From the NCBI GenBank assembly GCA_050737995.1, contig JBOHYR010000066.1, positions 41,864-105,863 on the forward strand: a stretch of DNA of 64,000 nucleotides, read 5' to 3'. The notes beneath the pieces were generated by a model. The model was not told where the DNA came from, searched no databases, and saw only the letters and a program-made list of their open reading frames with translations. Position numbers and translations under genes: made by a program. Of this stretch, positions 19,614 to 29,611 are shown in pieces (position 1 is the stretch's first letter; each line of letters opens with the position of its first letter). The DNA is from Rhodanobacteraceae bacterium. GTDB lineage: Bacteria > Pseudomonadota > Gammaproteobacteria > Xanthomonadales > Rhodanobacteraceae.

Positions 19614-21535
19614 GGCGAGCCCGGCTCCCCGACCGTGGATGGCTGTGTTCCGGCGGTTACCGGCAGTGGCGGGCGTTCCGAGGGAGGGGTGTCGACCAGC
19701 CACTGATCCAGTATCTTGCGGGCGATCGGCGCCGCCGCGCTGCCGCCCCAAGCGCCGTGTTCCAGCACCACCGCGATCGCGATCTGCGGATGTTCGGCAG
19801 GTGCGTAGCAGATGAACCAGGCACGATGCCGCTTGGCGAGGTACTCGAGATTCTTGTCGGTGTTGTAGGCGTTGCTGGTGCGCGAGTAGCGTTCCGCGGT
19901 GCCGGTTTTTCCCGCGATCTGGTACGGGAAGCCGACGCCGATGCCGGCCCTGAAAGCCGTACCGAGCGGGCTGTACATCACCCCAAGCATGCCCTGCTTG
20001 ACCGCGGCGAGATCGGCGGGATCGTGGGTGATTTGCACAGGTGGCGGTTGCCTGTACGGAATCTCCGACGACTTCAGTCCGTCGCTGGTCGCGGCGAGCA
20101 GGTGCGGGGTGCGCGCGAGGCCGCCGTCGGCCATCGACGCCAGCGCATGCGCCATTTGCAGCGGCGTCACCATCCAATAGCCTTGACCGATGCCCGTGAT
20201 CACCGTTTCGCCTGGATACCACGGCTTGTCGAAGGTCTTGCGCTTCCATTCGGGCGAAGGCAGCACGCCACCGGTTTCATCGGGCAGGTCGATGCCGGTC
20301 GGACTTCCGAAACCGAATTTGGCCATCCATCGGTCGAGGCGCTGGATGCCCATCTTGAGCGCCAGCGAATAGAAATAGGTGTTGACCGATTGCGTAATGG
20401 CCTGGACCAGATCGACGCGACCGGCGCCATAGCGCTGGTCGTCGCGATAACCGCGCGACGAGCCTGGAATGTAAAACGTACCGGTGGACAGCACCGTGTC
20501 GGAGGGCTTGCGCAGGCCGAGTTCGACGCCACCAAGTCCAAGGAAAGGTTTGACCGTGGACCCCGGTGGATAGCCGCCGCGCATTGCGCGGTTGAGCAAG
20601 GGTTTCTCGGGGTTGTCGAGCAGCGCGGAATAGTCGGCCTGGCTGATGCCGTTGACGAACAGGTTGGGATCGAAGCTCGGGACGGTCACCATTGCGAGGA
20701 CGTCGCCGTTGCGCGGATCGATCGCGACCGCAGCGCCCGTTTGCCCGTCGAATGCCGCGAACGTTGCCCGTTGCAGGCGCTCATCAATGGTCAGGTAAAG
20801 ATTCTTGCCGGGTTTGGCCGGCACCCGCTGCAATACACGCAACGGCCGCTGTTCGGCGTTGACTTCCACCAACTCGTAGCCGGGCGTGCCGTGCAGAAGG
20901 CTCTCGTATTCCTTTTCCAGCCCGGTCTTGCCGATATGGGTGGTGCCGGCGTAACGATCGGGGTCGAGCCGTTGGAGGTCCTTCTCGTCGATGCGGCCGA
21001 CGTATCCCACGACATGCGCGAACTCCGGGCCATAAGGATAATTTCGCGTCAGGTACGGGTCGATACTGACACCCGGAAACTGCCACTGGTTGACCGCAAA
21101 GCGGTCGCGTTCGCTTTCGGTAAGGTGAAATTTCAGCGGCACCTGATCGAACGGCCGGTGTTGCTTGAGGCTCTGCTTGAAGCGGCGGATGTCGTCACCG
21201 GTCAGGGGCACGATCGCAGACAGCTTGTCCAGCATCGCGTCCATGTGCCGGATCTTGTCCGGTATGACGTCCAGCCGGAATGCGGGCACGTTGTCGGCGA
21301 GCAACTTGCCGTCGCGGTCGTAAATCAGTCCACGCGGCGGCGGCAGATGCCGCAGGCGTACCCGGTTGGCCTTGGCGCGGGTCGAGTATTCCGCGTGTTC
21401 GAACACTTGCAGATACACGAAGCGCCCGCCGACCACCATCAGCAGCGCCAGCATGATCGCGAAGCCTGCCAGTGCGCGCCGTCCGAAACGCGCACGCTGC
21501 GCGCCTTCGTCCCGCAGCTCGTCGCGCCGGTTCAT
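19610..21535 (-). CDS. mrdA: Penicillin-binding protein 2 (elongasome transpeptidase)
   Basis: SxxK (GSTVKP), SxN (QSVN) and KTGT motifs. It is positioned between mreD and rodA. Confidence 0.93.
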   Translation of the reverse strand: MNRRDELRDEGAQRARFGRRALAGFAIMLALLMVVGGRFVYLQVFEHAEYSTRAKANRVRLRHLPPPRGLIYDRDGKLLADNVPAFRLDVIPDKIRHMDAMLDKLSAIVPLTGDDIRRFKQSLKQHRPFDQVPLKFHLTESERDRFAVNQWQFPGVSIDPYLTRNYPYGPEFAHVVGYVGRIDEKDLQRLDPDRYAGTTHIGKTGLEKEYESLLHGTPGYELVEVNAEQRPLRVLQRVPAKPGKNLYLTIDERLQRATFAAFDGQTGAAVAIDPRNGDVLAMVTVPSFDPNLFVNGISQADYSALLDNPEKPLLNRAMRGGYPPGSTVKPFLGLGGVELGLRKPSDTVLSTGTFYIPGSSRGYRDDQRYGAGRVDLVQAITQSVNTYFYSLALKMGIQRLDRWMAKFGFGSPTGIDLPDETGGVLPSPEWKRKTFDKPWYPGETVITGIGQGYWMVTPLQMAHALASMADGGLARTPHLLAATSDGLKSSEIPYRQPPPVQITHDPADLAAVKQGMLGVMYSPLGTAFRAGIGVGFPYQIAGKTGTAERYSRTSNAYNTDKNLEYLAKRHRAWFICYAPAEHPQIAIAVVLEHGAWGGSAAAPIARKILDQWLVDTPPSERPPLPVTAGTQPSTVGEPGSP

Positions 21536-22032
21536 GTCGCCTTCGCGCCCTTGCCGCGCAGGCGGGTGTTGACGTCGTCAAGCAGCAGGAACACGAACGG
21601 CCAGATGGCTGCGCCGACTTCCGGCGCGAGCCAGGACAACGCGGGCATCGGGGAGTCACCCGCAAACGCGCGGATCAGCGCCTGCAGCACGTGGTTGTTG
21701 AGCAGCAGCAGCCACACAGCCAGCGCCTGTTGCCACATCGGGAAGAAGCGCAGACGCGACCGGAAACGCAGCACGATGAACACCAGTACGGCCAGTCTGA
21801 GCGCCTGATCGCCCAGCAACGCTCCATTCAGGAGATCGGCGGCGAGGCCGACGCCGAACGCAAGACCGACACTCACCCGGTCGGTCGCCTCCAGCGCCCA
21901 GTAAACGAGTACCAGCGCAGGCCAGTACGGCTTCAACGGCTGGATCAGCGCCGGCAGCGGCATCAGCATCAGCAGCAGCGCCAGTGCGATGCCGATCCAG
22001 AACGTCCACCCTTGCGCACGCACGCGGTTCAA
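21532..22032 (-). CDS. mreD: Rod shape-determining protein MreD
   Basis: 166-aa polytopic membrane ORF. It overlaps the mreC stop and the mrdA start by 4 bp. Confidence 0.85.
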   Translation of the reverse strand: MNRVRAQGWTFWIGIALALLLMLMPLPALIQPLKPYWPALVLVYWALEATDRVSVGLAFGVGLAADLLNGALLGDQALRLAVLVFIVLRFRSRLRFFPMWQQALAVWLLLLNNHVLQALIRAFAGDSPMPALSWLAPEVGAAIWPFVFLLLDDVNTRLRGKGAKAT

Positions 22033-22979
22033 TGCCCGGCTCCGGCAGGTGCGGCGGGAGGCCCGGACGTGGTGGCTGTCGGCGCGAGCGAATCCGGCGG
22101 CCCGACCTGTGGTGCTGGCGCAGGGGGGCCAACCGGGTCCGGCTGGTCGCGTAACAGCAGCACCTCGCCGCTGCGATCGAGTTCGGCCGCGGGCTTCACG
22201 AACGCCTGCAGGAACATGCCCGATGGATCGCGTTCGAGCCGGGTGATCGTGCCCACGGGAAACCCTGCCGGAAAGCGCCCGCCGAGCCCCGAGGTGACCA
22301 ATTGGTCACCGGGCTTCACGTCCGAGGACAGCGGCAAGTTGGGCACTACGAGTTCACTCGTATCGCCGGTGCCGTGTGCGACTCCTCGCAAGCCCGTGCG
22401 CGAGACGGCGACGGGTACCGAATGATCGGGATCGATCACCAGCATCGCGATCGAAGCGTGCGGCAGGGTTTCGACAATCTGGCCCATCACGCCGTGCGAA
22501 TCGATCACGACCTGACCTGTGTGAACGCCTTCCCGCGCGCCGACGTTCAGCATCACCCGGTCGCGGGTGGGACCCAATTGCACATCGATGAGACGTGCCA
22601 GTTGCGCGTGCATGCCCAGCAGGTGTTGTGTGTCCAGCAGATGCTTCAGGCGCACGTTCTGGTGCGTGACCGCGTTCATGCGGTTGAGCCGCGCTTCGGC
22701 CAACAGCAGGCCTTCGCGCAGTTGCCGATTTTCGTCGATCAGTGTTTTGCGCTCCGTGAACGCGATGCTGGTAGCGTGGATCCAGTCTGCCGGCGCCGCC
22801 GCGAGCTTGTAGATCGGCACGATTGCGGCTGCGGTGGCGTAGCGCGCCCGATGTAGCCAGCCATTGCGGTGGTCCAGCACCATCAGCACCGCGGCGAGCG
22901 CGAGATAGACGATCAGGCGCAGAGTGCCCGCGGTCGCATCCGAGAAGATCGGAGTGGATTCCTTTTGCGGAAGCGCCAT
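22029..22979 (-). CDS. mreC: Rod shape-determining protein MreC
   Basis: N-terminal TM helix, a coiled-coil region and two beta domains (GDQLVTSGLGGRFPAGFPVG), followed by a Pro-rich tail. Confidence 0.9.
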   Translation of the reverse strand: MALPQKESTPIFSDATAGTLRLIVYLALAAVLMVLDHRNGWLHRARYATAAAIVPIYKLAAAPADWIHATSIAFTERKTLIDENRQLREGLLLAEARLNRMNAVTHQNVRLKHLLDTQHLLGMHAQLARLIDVQLGPTRDRVMLNVGAREGVHTGQVVIDSHGVMGQIVETLPHASIAMLVIDPDHSVPVAVSRTGLRGVAHGTGDTSELVVPNLPLSSDVKPGDQLVTSGLGGRFPAGFPVGTITRLERDPSGMFLQAFVKPAAELDRSGEVLLLRDQPDPVGPPAPAPQVGPPDSLAPTATTSGPPAAPAGAGH

Positions 22980-23206
22980 GGCGGTACGGGCGGGGCGAAG
23001 CGAGGTCTACAGACTAACAATAGTCAGCGTCGCGTGCCGCCACGGCTGACAAAGAATGTGCGGCCCGTGGGGTTTTTGACAACAGTCACGCTCGAAAGGG
23101 CCTGTCGCGAAAAGTCAGGCCATGGACGGCTGTTCTTGAGCTGAAGACAGCGGGGCATTGCAAGTCTGTCGTACACCGTCCGAAGCAGCGTTCACGGAAG
23201 AACGCA

Positions 23207-24310
<1,104 letters not shown>

Positions 24311-24461
24311 CTAGTCAGTGGGGGCATGCCGCGCAAGGTAGGAATCGCCAAAAAACGCCGATACGCCAACCTTTGCGCTAGCGAGAGGGTGACGGAACTC
24401 GAAACCGTGCAACGCAACCGTTACGATCAGGGGATCGTGGCTGAAAAAAGGAACCGAACCG

Positions 24462-25400
24462 ATGTCTGCTGCGCTGATCTGTGGCTCCATGGCCTACGAC
24501 ACCATCATGGTGTTCGAGGATCGCTTCAAGAACCACATCCTGCCGGACAAGGTGCACATGCTGAACGTGTCTTTCCTGGTGCCGCAGATGCGACGGGAGT
24601 TCGGTGGCTGCGCGGGCAACATCGCCTACAATCTGAAGTTGCTCGGCGGCGATCCGGTCCCGATGGCAACGGTCGGGCAGGATTTTGCGCCATACCGCGA
24701 GTGGTTCGAACAGCAGGGCATTCGGCTCGACCAAGTGCGCGAGCTACCGGATGCGTTCACCGCTCAGGGTTTCGTCATTACCGATCAGGACAACAATCAG
24801 ATCTGGGGGTTTCATCCTGGCGCAATGAATTTCAGCCAGAACAATCATGTGGTCGACGTGGCTGACGTTGCCATCGGCATCGTTGCGCCGGATGGACGCG
24901 AGGGGATGCTTCAACACGCGGCCGAATTCGCCTCACGCGGCACGCCCTTCATCTTCGATCCTGGCCAGGCCATGCCGTTGTTTTCGGGCGAGGAATTCCG
25001 CAAGTTCATCGAACAGGCCGATTACGTCGCCGTGAACAGCTACGAAGCTAGCCTGCTGTCCGAGCGCACCGGTTGGTCGGAAGCCGACATAGCTGGCCGG
25101 GCAAAGGCCTACATCGTGACGCATGGGGCGGAAGGTTCGACGATTCACGCGGGTGGAACGATCCACGGCATCCCCGCGGCAAAGCCGCGCGACGTGGTCG
25201 ATCCAACCGGTTGCGGTGACGCGTACCGCGCGGGGTTGATCCACGGGATCTTGCGTGGTCTGGATTGGCCGAACGTCGGGCGTGTGGCCTCGCTGATGGG
25301 AGCGCTCAAGATCGCACACCCGGGTACCCAGAACCAGCATTTCGACGTTGCAGAATTCGCGGCCGAATTCAAGGCGCAGTTCGGACATGCGCTGGATTGA
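24462..25400 (+). CDS. PfkB family carbohydrate/nucleoside kinase
   Basis: GGCAGNIAYNL (PfkB motif 1) and DPTGCGDAYRAG (PfkB motif 2). Confidence 0.8.
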   Translation: MSAALICGSMAYDTIMVFEDRFKNHILPDKVHMLNVSFLVPQMRREFGGCAGNIAYNLKLLGGDPVPMATVGQDFAPYREWFEQQGIRLDQVRELPDAFTAQGFVITDQDNNQIWGFHPGAMNFSQNNHVVDVADVAIGIVAPDGREGMLQHAAEFASRGTPFIFDPGQAMPLFSGEEFRKFIEQADYVAVNSYEASLLSERTGWSEADIAGRAKAYIVTHGAEGSTIHAGGTIHGIPAAKPRDVVDPTGCGDAYRAGLIHGILRGLDWPNVGRVASLMGALKIAHPGTQNQHFDVAEFAAEFKAQFGHALD

Positions 25401-25568
25401 TCCGCGTGTCTTGCCTGAAATATCAAGTAAATTCAAACAAGTAACATAGACGAGCTAAACCGCGATCCCGGCTCAACCTGAATGGTCGGCGTCATGTCAG
25501 ATGACGGCGAGGCCCGTGGCGCGCGAGAATGCGCGTGTTGTATTCCGCTCGACCCAAGGAGAATCTCC

Positions 25569-26009
25569 ATGCAAACCGCACGTACCTTCGCGCTTGTCGC
25601 GTTGCTCGCCGGCGCTCCGCTGCTGTACGCAGGCAATGCCAGCGCTGCGAACGAGGTCAGTTGCAAGATGCACTTCGAGCTCCACGGATGGTCCGCGTTT
25701 TACAAGACTGCCAGTGGCACGGGTGACGTCACCTGCAGCAACGGCCAACACATGAAAGTCCATTTGCGCAGCAAGGGCGGTGGCCTGACCATCGGCAAAT
25801 CCCGCATCGAAGGGGTCGGCAAGTTTTCGGGTATCTTCAACATCGACAGCATCCTCGGCACCTACGCGGTCGGCGAAGCCCACGCGGGCGCGGCCGCTTC
25901 CGCGCGAGGGACCGTAATGACCAAGGGCAACGTCTCACTCGCCCTCAGCGGCACCGGCACGGGTTGGAACATTGGCGTCGATTTCGGCAAGTTCACAATT
26001 TCACGCTGA
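25569..26009 (+). CDS. Hypothetical secreted protein (no family recognised)
   Basis: The ATG at 25569 is preceded by AAGGAGA. A signal peptide ends NASA-ANE. The Gly-rich beta-type sequence contains two Cys. Confidence 0.6.
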   Translation: MQTARTFALVALLAGAPLLYAGNASAANEVSCKMHFELHGWSAFYKTASGTGDVTCSNGQHMKVHLRSKGGGLTIGKSRIEGVGKFSGIFNIDSILGTYAVGEAHAGAAASARGTVMTKGNVSLALSGTGTGWNIGVDFGKFTISR

Positions 26010-26229
26010 TCCGTTCAATCTGATTGCATGCGCACAGTCCGTGGATGAACGCGAATAACGCAGGTATTCGACGCCCGTGACCGCGCTTGGCGTCGCTGGT
26101 TGATTCGCGTTTACCTGCGTCCATTTGTGGATGCGGACAGCTTCATGGCGAAATCCGAGCCGGGGAATGACCTCGCCGGCGTGGAGTGGAGCTCAGTCTC
26201 ACATCGCGTTTCCGATCCTGATGCACCGT

Positions 26230-26271
26230 GACGTGGCAGTGGCATGCATGCGTACATGCCCCCGCCACGTC
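26230..26271. repeat. Nested perfect inverted repeat (8 bp outer, 6 bp inner) in a 430-bp non-coding gap
   Basis: GACGTGGC-agt-GGCATG-catgcgta-CATGCC-ccc-GCCACGTC, read directly from the sequence. Confidence 0.6.
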
Positions 26272-26329
26272 GATGTCGGTCAGTTGAGTCCGCTACGCTT
26301 GTCTGACGGTGGCGTTCGACAGCCCGCTT

Positions 26330-26347
26330 CAAGGACAAGCGTCCTTG
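26330..26347 (+). terminator. Candidate stem-loop (7-bp stem, 4-nt loop) with a weak T-rich tail
   Basis: CAAGGAC-aagc-GTCCTTG is followed by tggttgcttccgttc. The U-tract is poor, so terminator function is uncertain. Confidence 0.3.
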
Positions 26348-26437
26348 TGGTTGCTTCCGTTCTGACTACCTCCCTCGGCGCGCCAGTCAGAGCAGGTGCT
26401 CTTGGCTCGTTGCGCAAGCCTTGGTCGTGGGGCCGCC

Positions 26438-27313
26438 TCAAAGCGTGGCGAAGTCGCTCCGATATCCGGGTTTCAGGAATTTCGCGAACACGTTCGCCGG
26501 TACCTCCACCGTCTGGGCGCCGTAGACGTAGGGAGCGACTTGGTAGGGCGGGAAAATCAACGTAAGCCCCGGGCTGGAGGCACCCGCTTTGTCACCAGCT
26601 CGCACCACGAATACCGAATAGTTGACCGAGGTGGGTTTGGTGCCATCGTTGAGCATTTGCACCATGTTCGATTTCCACTCACGGATTGCATTCGGCGAGG
26701 CGCCCTCGCCCGGTTTGGGCGCATCGTTCGAGAACTTCTTCAGCAGCGTGTCATGGGCGAAATTGGCCAGCGTCTTGCGCGCCGTATCGGCGTCGGCGAA
26801 CAGGTCGTCCAACGCGATCAGTTTGCCGGCCTTGCGATCGAACACAAAGGAGGCCTGGACTGGGATCGGATGCGCGCCGCCAGTGTCCTGCATGCCGGTC
26901 TCGCGCACACTGGTGAAGGCTGGCGTATCCGCTGCGATCCTGAAGTCGAGCAGCAGCTCGAATTGGCGATTGGCGAATTCGGGCATGTCGGCCGGGTCGG
27001 GGAGTGCCTTCAAGAACTCGCGCTTGGCATTGTCGGCTGTCGTGCGCAATGCACCGGCGAGTGGCTTCTCGTCGGACGGCAGAGTCGGCAGCGTGATCGC
27101 GATCTTGTAATGTTTCGTGGCGGCGTGATCGACCGGGAGTCCCGCGGTGCCCGCGCTGGCCGGCGCGGCCGCAATGATCGGCGCGGACGTGCTGGTGTCA
27201 GCAGATGCTGAGCTGGCGGGAGCGGACGACGTCTCGGCCGGCTCTTGATTGCACGCCCCCAGCATCAGGGTGGCAAGCGCGGTGATCAGGCAGGTTGACG
27301 TGAGCGTTTTCAT
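26438..27313 (-). CDS. Lipoprotein, probably a DUF3298/DUF4163-type (RsiV-like) domain protein
   Basis: Lipobox LMLGAC, a Ser/Ala-rich linker, and C-terminal sequence resembling DUF3298 proteins (GGAHPIPV...SVF). The family call was made by eye only. Confidence 0.65.
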   Translation of the reverse strand: MKTLTSTCLITALATLMLGACNQEPAETSSAPASSASADTSTSAPIIAAAPASAGTAGLPVDHAATKHYKIAITLPTLPSDEKPLAGALRTTADNAKREFLKALPDPADMPEFANRQFELLLDFRIAADTPAFTSVRETGMQDTGGAHPIPVQASFVFDRKAGKLIALDDLFADADTARKTLANFAHDTLLKKFSNDAPKPGEGASPNAIREWKSNMVQMLNDGTKPTSVNYSVFVVRAGDKAGASSPGLTLIFPPYQVAPYVYGAQTVEVPANVFAKFLKPGYRSDFATL

Positions 27314-27405
27314 CGGCGGGCTCGAGCGGAACGGGGTGGGAGTCTAGGCGACGCGGCGTTAAGCATTTGCTGTGGTGGCTGCGTGGAGTTCTCTATCATG
27401 TGCGT

Positions 27406-28401
27406 ATGGACGTGCAAGCTCTGAACCCTTGGCGCCTGTGCGTGGCACCGATGATGGATTGGACAGACCGGCATTGCCGGTACTTCCATCGCCTGCTGGC
27501 GCCACACGCACGGCTGTATACCGAAATGGTGACCGCTGCGGCGCTGGTCCGCGGGCAACGCGCGCGTTTGCTGGAGTACGACGGCCGGGAACACCCTTTG
27601 GCATTGCAATTGGGCGGCGCGGATCCGGTGGAGCTGGCGTCGGCAGCACGCCACGGCGCCGAGGCCGGCTACGACGAAGTCAACCTCAATGTTGGTTGTC
27701 CTTCGGACCGCGTGCAGTCGGGTCGCTTCGGCGCCTGCCTGATGCGCGAACCAGGACTGGTTGCAGATTGCGTGCGTGCGATGCGCGAAGCGGTCGCGGT
27801 GCCGGTGACAGTCAAGTGCCGCATAGGCGTCGACGACCAGGACGACGACGCAGACCTGTTCGCGTTCGCGGCCGGCATGTTCGACGCCGGTGTGCGAGTA
27901 TTGATCGTCCATGCTCGCAAGGCGTGGCTGCAGGGGCTCTCGCCAAAGCAGAATCGTGATGTGCCGCCGCTCAACTATCCGCGCGTGTACCGCCTGAAAC
28001 GGGAATTTCCCGACCTCACGGTGATACTCAATGGCGGCATCGAAGGGCCGGAGGCCGTGCATGAACATCTGCGGCATGTCGATGGCGTCATGCTGGGCCG
28101 GCTTGCCTACCACGATCCATACGCGCTGGCTTGCATCGATGCGGCGTTGTTCGATGGTGAAGAACCCAAGCGCGCGAGCGTACTCCGCCGCCTGGCGCCG
28201 TACGCCGAGGCCGAGCGCGCGCGCGGCGTCAGGCTTGCCTCGATCACGCGGCACGTGCTCGGCCTGTACCACGGCGAGCCCGGCGGCAAGGCCTTCCGCA
28301 GGCTCCTATCGGAGCGCACGCAGGCGGCCGGGGCAGGCTGGGAGGCCGTCGAGGCGGCGCTGCAGCAGGTTGGCATTCTCGCTGCCCGCAAGATGGCATA
28401 A
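27406..28401 (+). CDS. dusA: tRNA dihydrouridine(20/20a) synthase DusA
   Basis: CVAPMMDWTDRHCRYF, LNVGCPSDRV and full-length DusA-like sequence. Confidence 0.9.
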   Translation: MDVQALNPWRLCVAPMMDWTDRHCRYFHRLLAPHARLYTEMVTAAALVRGQRARLLEYDGREHPLALQLGGADPVELASAARHGAEAGYDEVNLNVGCPSDRVQSGRFGACLMREPGLVADCVRAMREAVAVPVTVKCRIGVDDQDDDADLFAFAAGMFDAGVRVLIVHARKAWLQGLSPKQNRDVPPLNYPRVYRLKREFPDLTVILNGGIEGPEAVHEHLRHVDGVMLGRLAYHDPYALACIDAALFDGEEPKRASVLRRLAPYAEAERARGVRLASITRHVLGLYHGEPGGKAFRRLLSERTQAAGAGWEAVEAALQQVGILAARKMA

Positions 28402-28522
28402 CACGGGCGACGGCCTCACGGCCCGTGGGCGTTCCGGGCCGTACTTACAGGGTGTTCAGCACGAATTCAATGCGTCACCGCATGATCGTTGGGGAGATCC
28501 GCATGAATTCGTATGGGTAGCC

Positions 28523-28828
28523 ATGAAATTCCGGGTAACTCCATTGGTGCTGGCGGGCACGATGTGGCTGTGCGCCGCGACTGCATTCGCGCGCAAACCG
28601 CCGCCACCGCCACCCCGGCCAGCCAGCCTCGAGCAGGCCGTCAGGCAGGTGCAGCACCAGACGCGCGGACATATCCTTGCGGCAGATACGATCCAGCGCG
28701 GTCAGGCCAAGGTTTATCGCGTCAAGGTACTGACCCCGCAGGGTCAGGTGCGCGTGATGCAGTTGCATTCCAGGCCGCGGTCACAGACCGAGCCCAACAA
28801 ACCCGATTCCGATCAAGGAGGGCACTGA
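28523..28828 (+). CDS. PepSY domain-containing small periplasmic protein
   Basis: Signal peptide, a poly-Pro linker, then a PepSY-like segment (LEQAVRQVQHQTRGHILAADTIQRGQAKVYRVKVLTPQGQVRVM). Its stop overlaps the response regulator start (ATGA-type overlap at 28826-28830). Confidence 0.65.
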   Translation: MKFRVTPLVLAGTMWLCAATAFARKPPPPPPRPASLEQAVRQVQHQTRGHILAADTIQRGQAKVYRVKVLTPQGQVRVMQLHSRPRSQTEPNKPDSDQGGH

Positions 28829-29523
28829 TGCGAATCCTTTTGGTGGAAGACGAAGCGCCTTTGCGCGAGACGCTGGCCGCACGCCTGAAACGCGACGGAT
28901 TCGCGGTGGATGCCGCGGCCGACGGCGAGGAAGGTCTGTATCTCGGTCGCGAGGTCCCGTTCGATCTCGCGATCGTGGATCTCGGTCTGCCGAAGCTTTC
29001 CGGTATGGAACTCGTCGAGATCCTGCGCAAGGAAGGCCACAGCTATCCGATTCTGATCCTGACCGCGCGCTCATCCTGGCAGGACAAGGTGGAAGGACTG
29101 AAATTCGGCGCCGACGATTATCTCGTCAAGCCGTTCCACGTCGAGGAACTGCTTGCGCGCATCAACGCGCTGGTGCGCCGTGCATCGGGTTGGGCCAAGC
29201 CGGTGTTGTCATGCGGGCCGGTGCGCCTCGATACCACCGCGCAGACGGTGACGGTAGAGGGCAGGCCCACCGACCTGACCAGCTACGAGTACAAGGTGCT
29301 CGAGTACCTGATGCTTCACGCTGGCGAACTGGTATCGAAAGCCGACCTGACCGAACACATCTACCAGCAGGATTTCGATCGCGATTCCAACGTTCTTGAA
29401 GTGTTCATCGGCCGTCTGCGGCGCAAACTCGATCCTGAAAGCAGTTTGAAGCCGATCGAAACCGTGCGCGGACGTGGCTATCGTTTCGCCATTGCACGCG
29501 ACGAGACGGTTGCCGAAGAATAA
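28828..29523 (+). CDS. OmpR/PhoB family response regulator (PhoP-like)
   Basis: Receiver domain (MRILLVEDE, DLAIVDLGLP) and a winged-helix output domain (VRGRGYRF). Confidence 0.9.
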   Translation: MRILLVEDEAPLRETLAARLKRDGFAVDAAADGEEGLYLGREVPFDLAIVDLGLPKLSGMELVEILRKEGHSYPILILTARSSWQDKVEGLKFGADDYLVKPFHVEELLARINALVRRASGWAKPVLSCGPVRLDTTAQTVTVEGRPTDLTSYEYKVLEYLMLHAGELVSKADLTEHIYQQDFDRDSNVLEVFIGRLRRKLDPESSLKPIETVRGRGYRFAIARDETVAEE

Positions 29524-29611
29524 GCTGCTCGTCCCGCCGCTCCGAGTTGCACGAATACGCCACACACGGCGATCATGATCGCGGGTGTGACCGCGCAAGG
29601 GCCAAGGCCGG

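Noticed and set aside
19757-21808. 683-aa ORF on the plus strand
   Set aside because: It is entirely antisense to mrdA and mreD, which have unambiguous motifs. Its Arg/Ala/Gly-rich composition is typical of spurious antisense ORFs in high-GC DNA.
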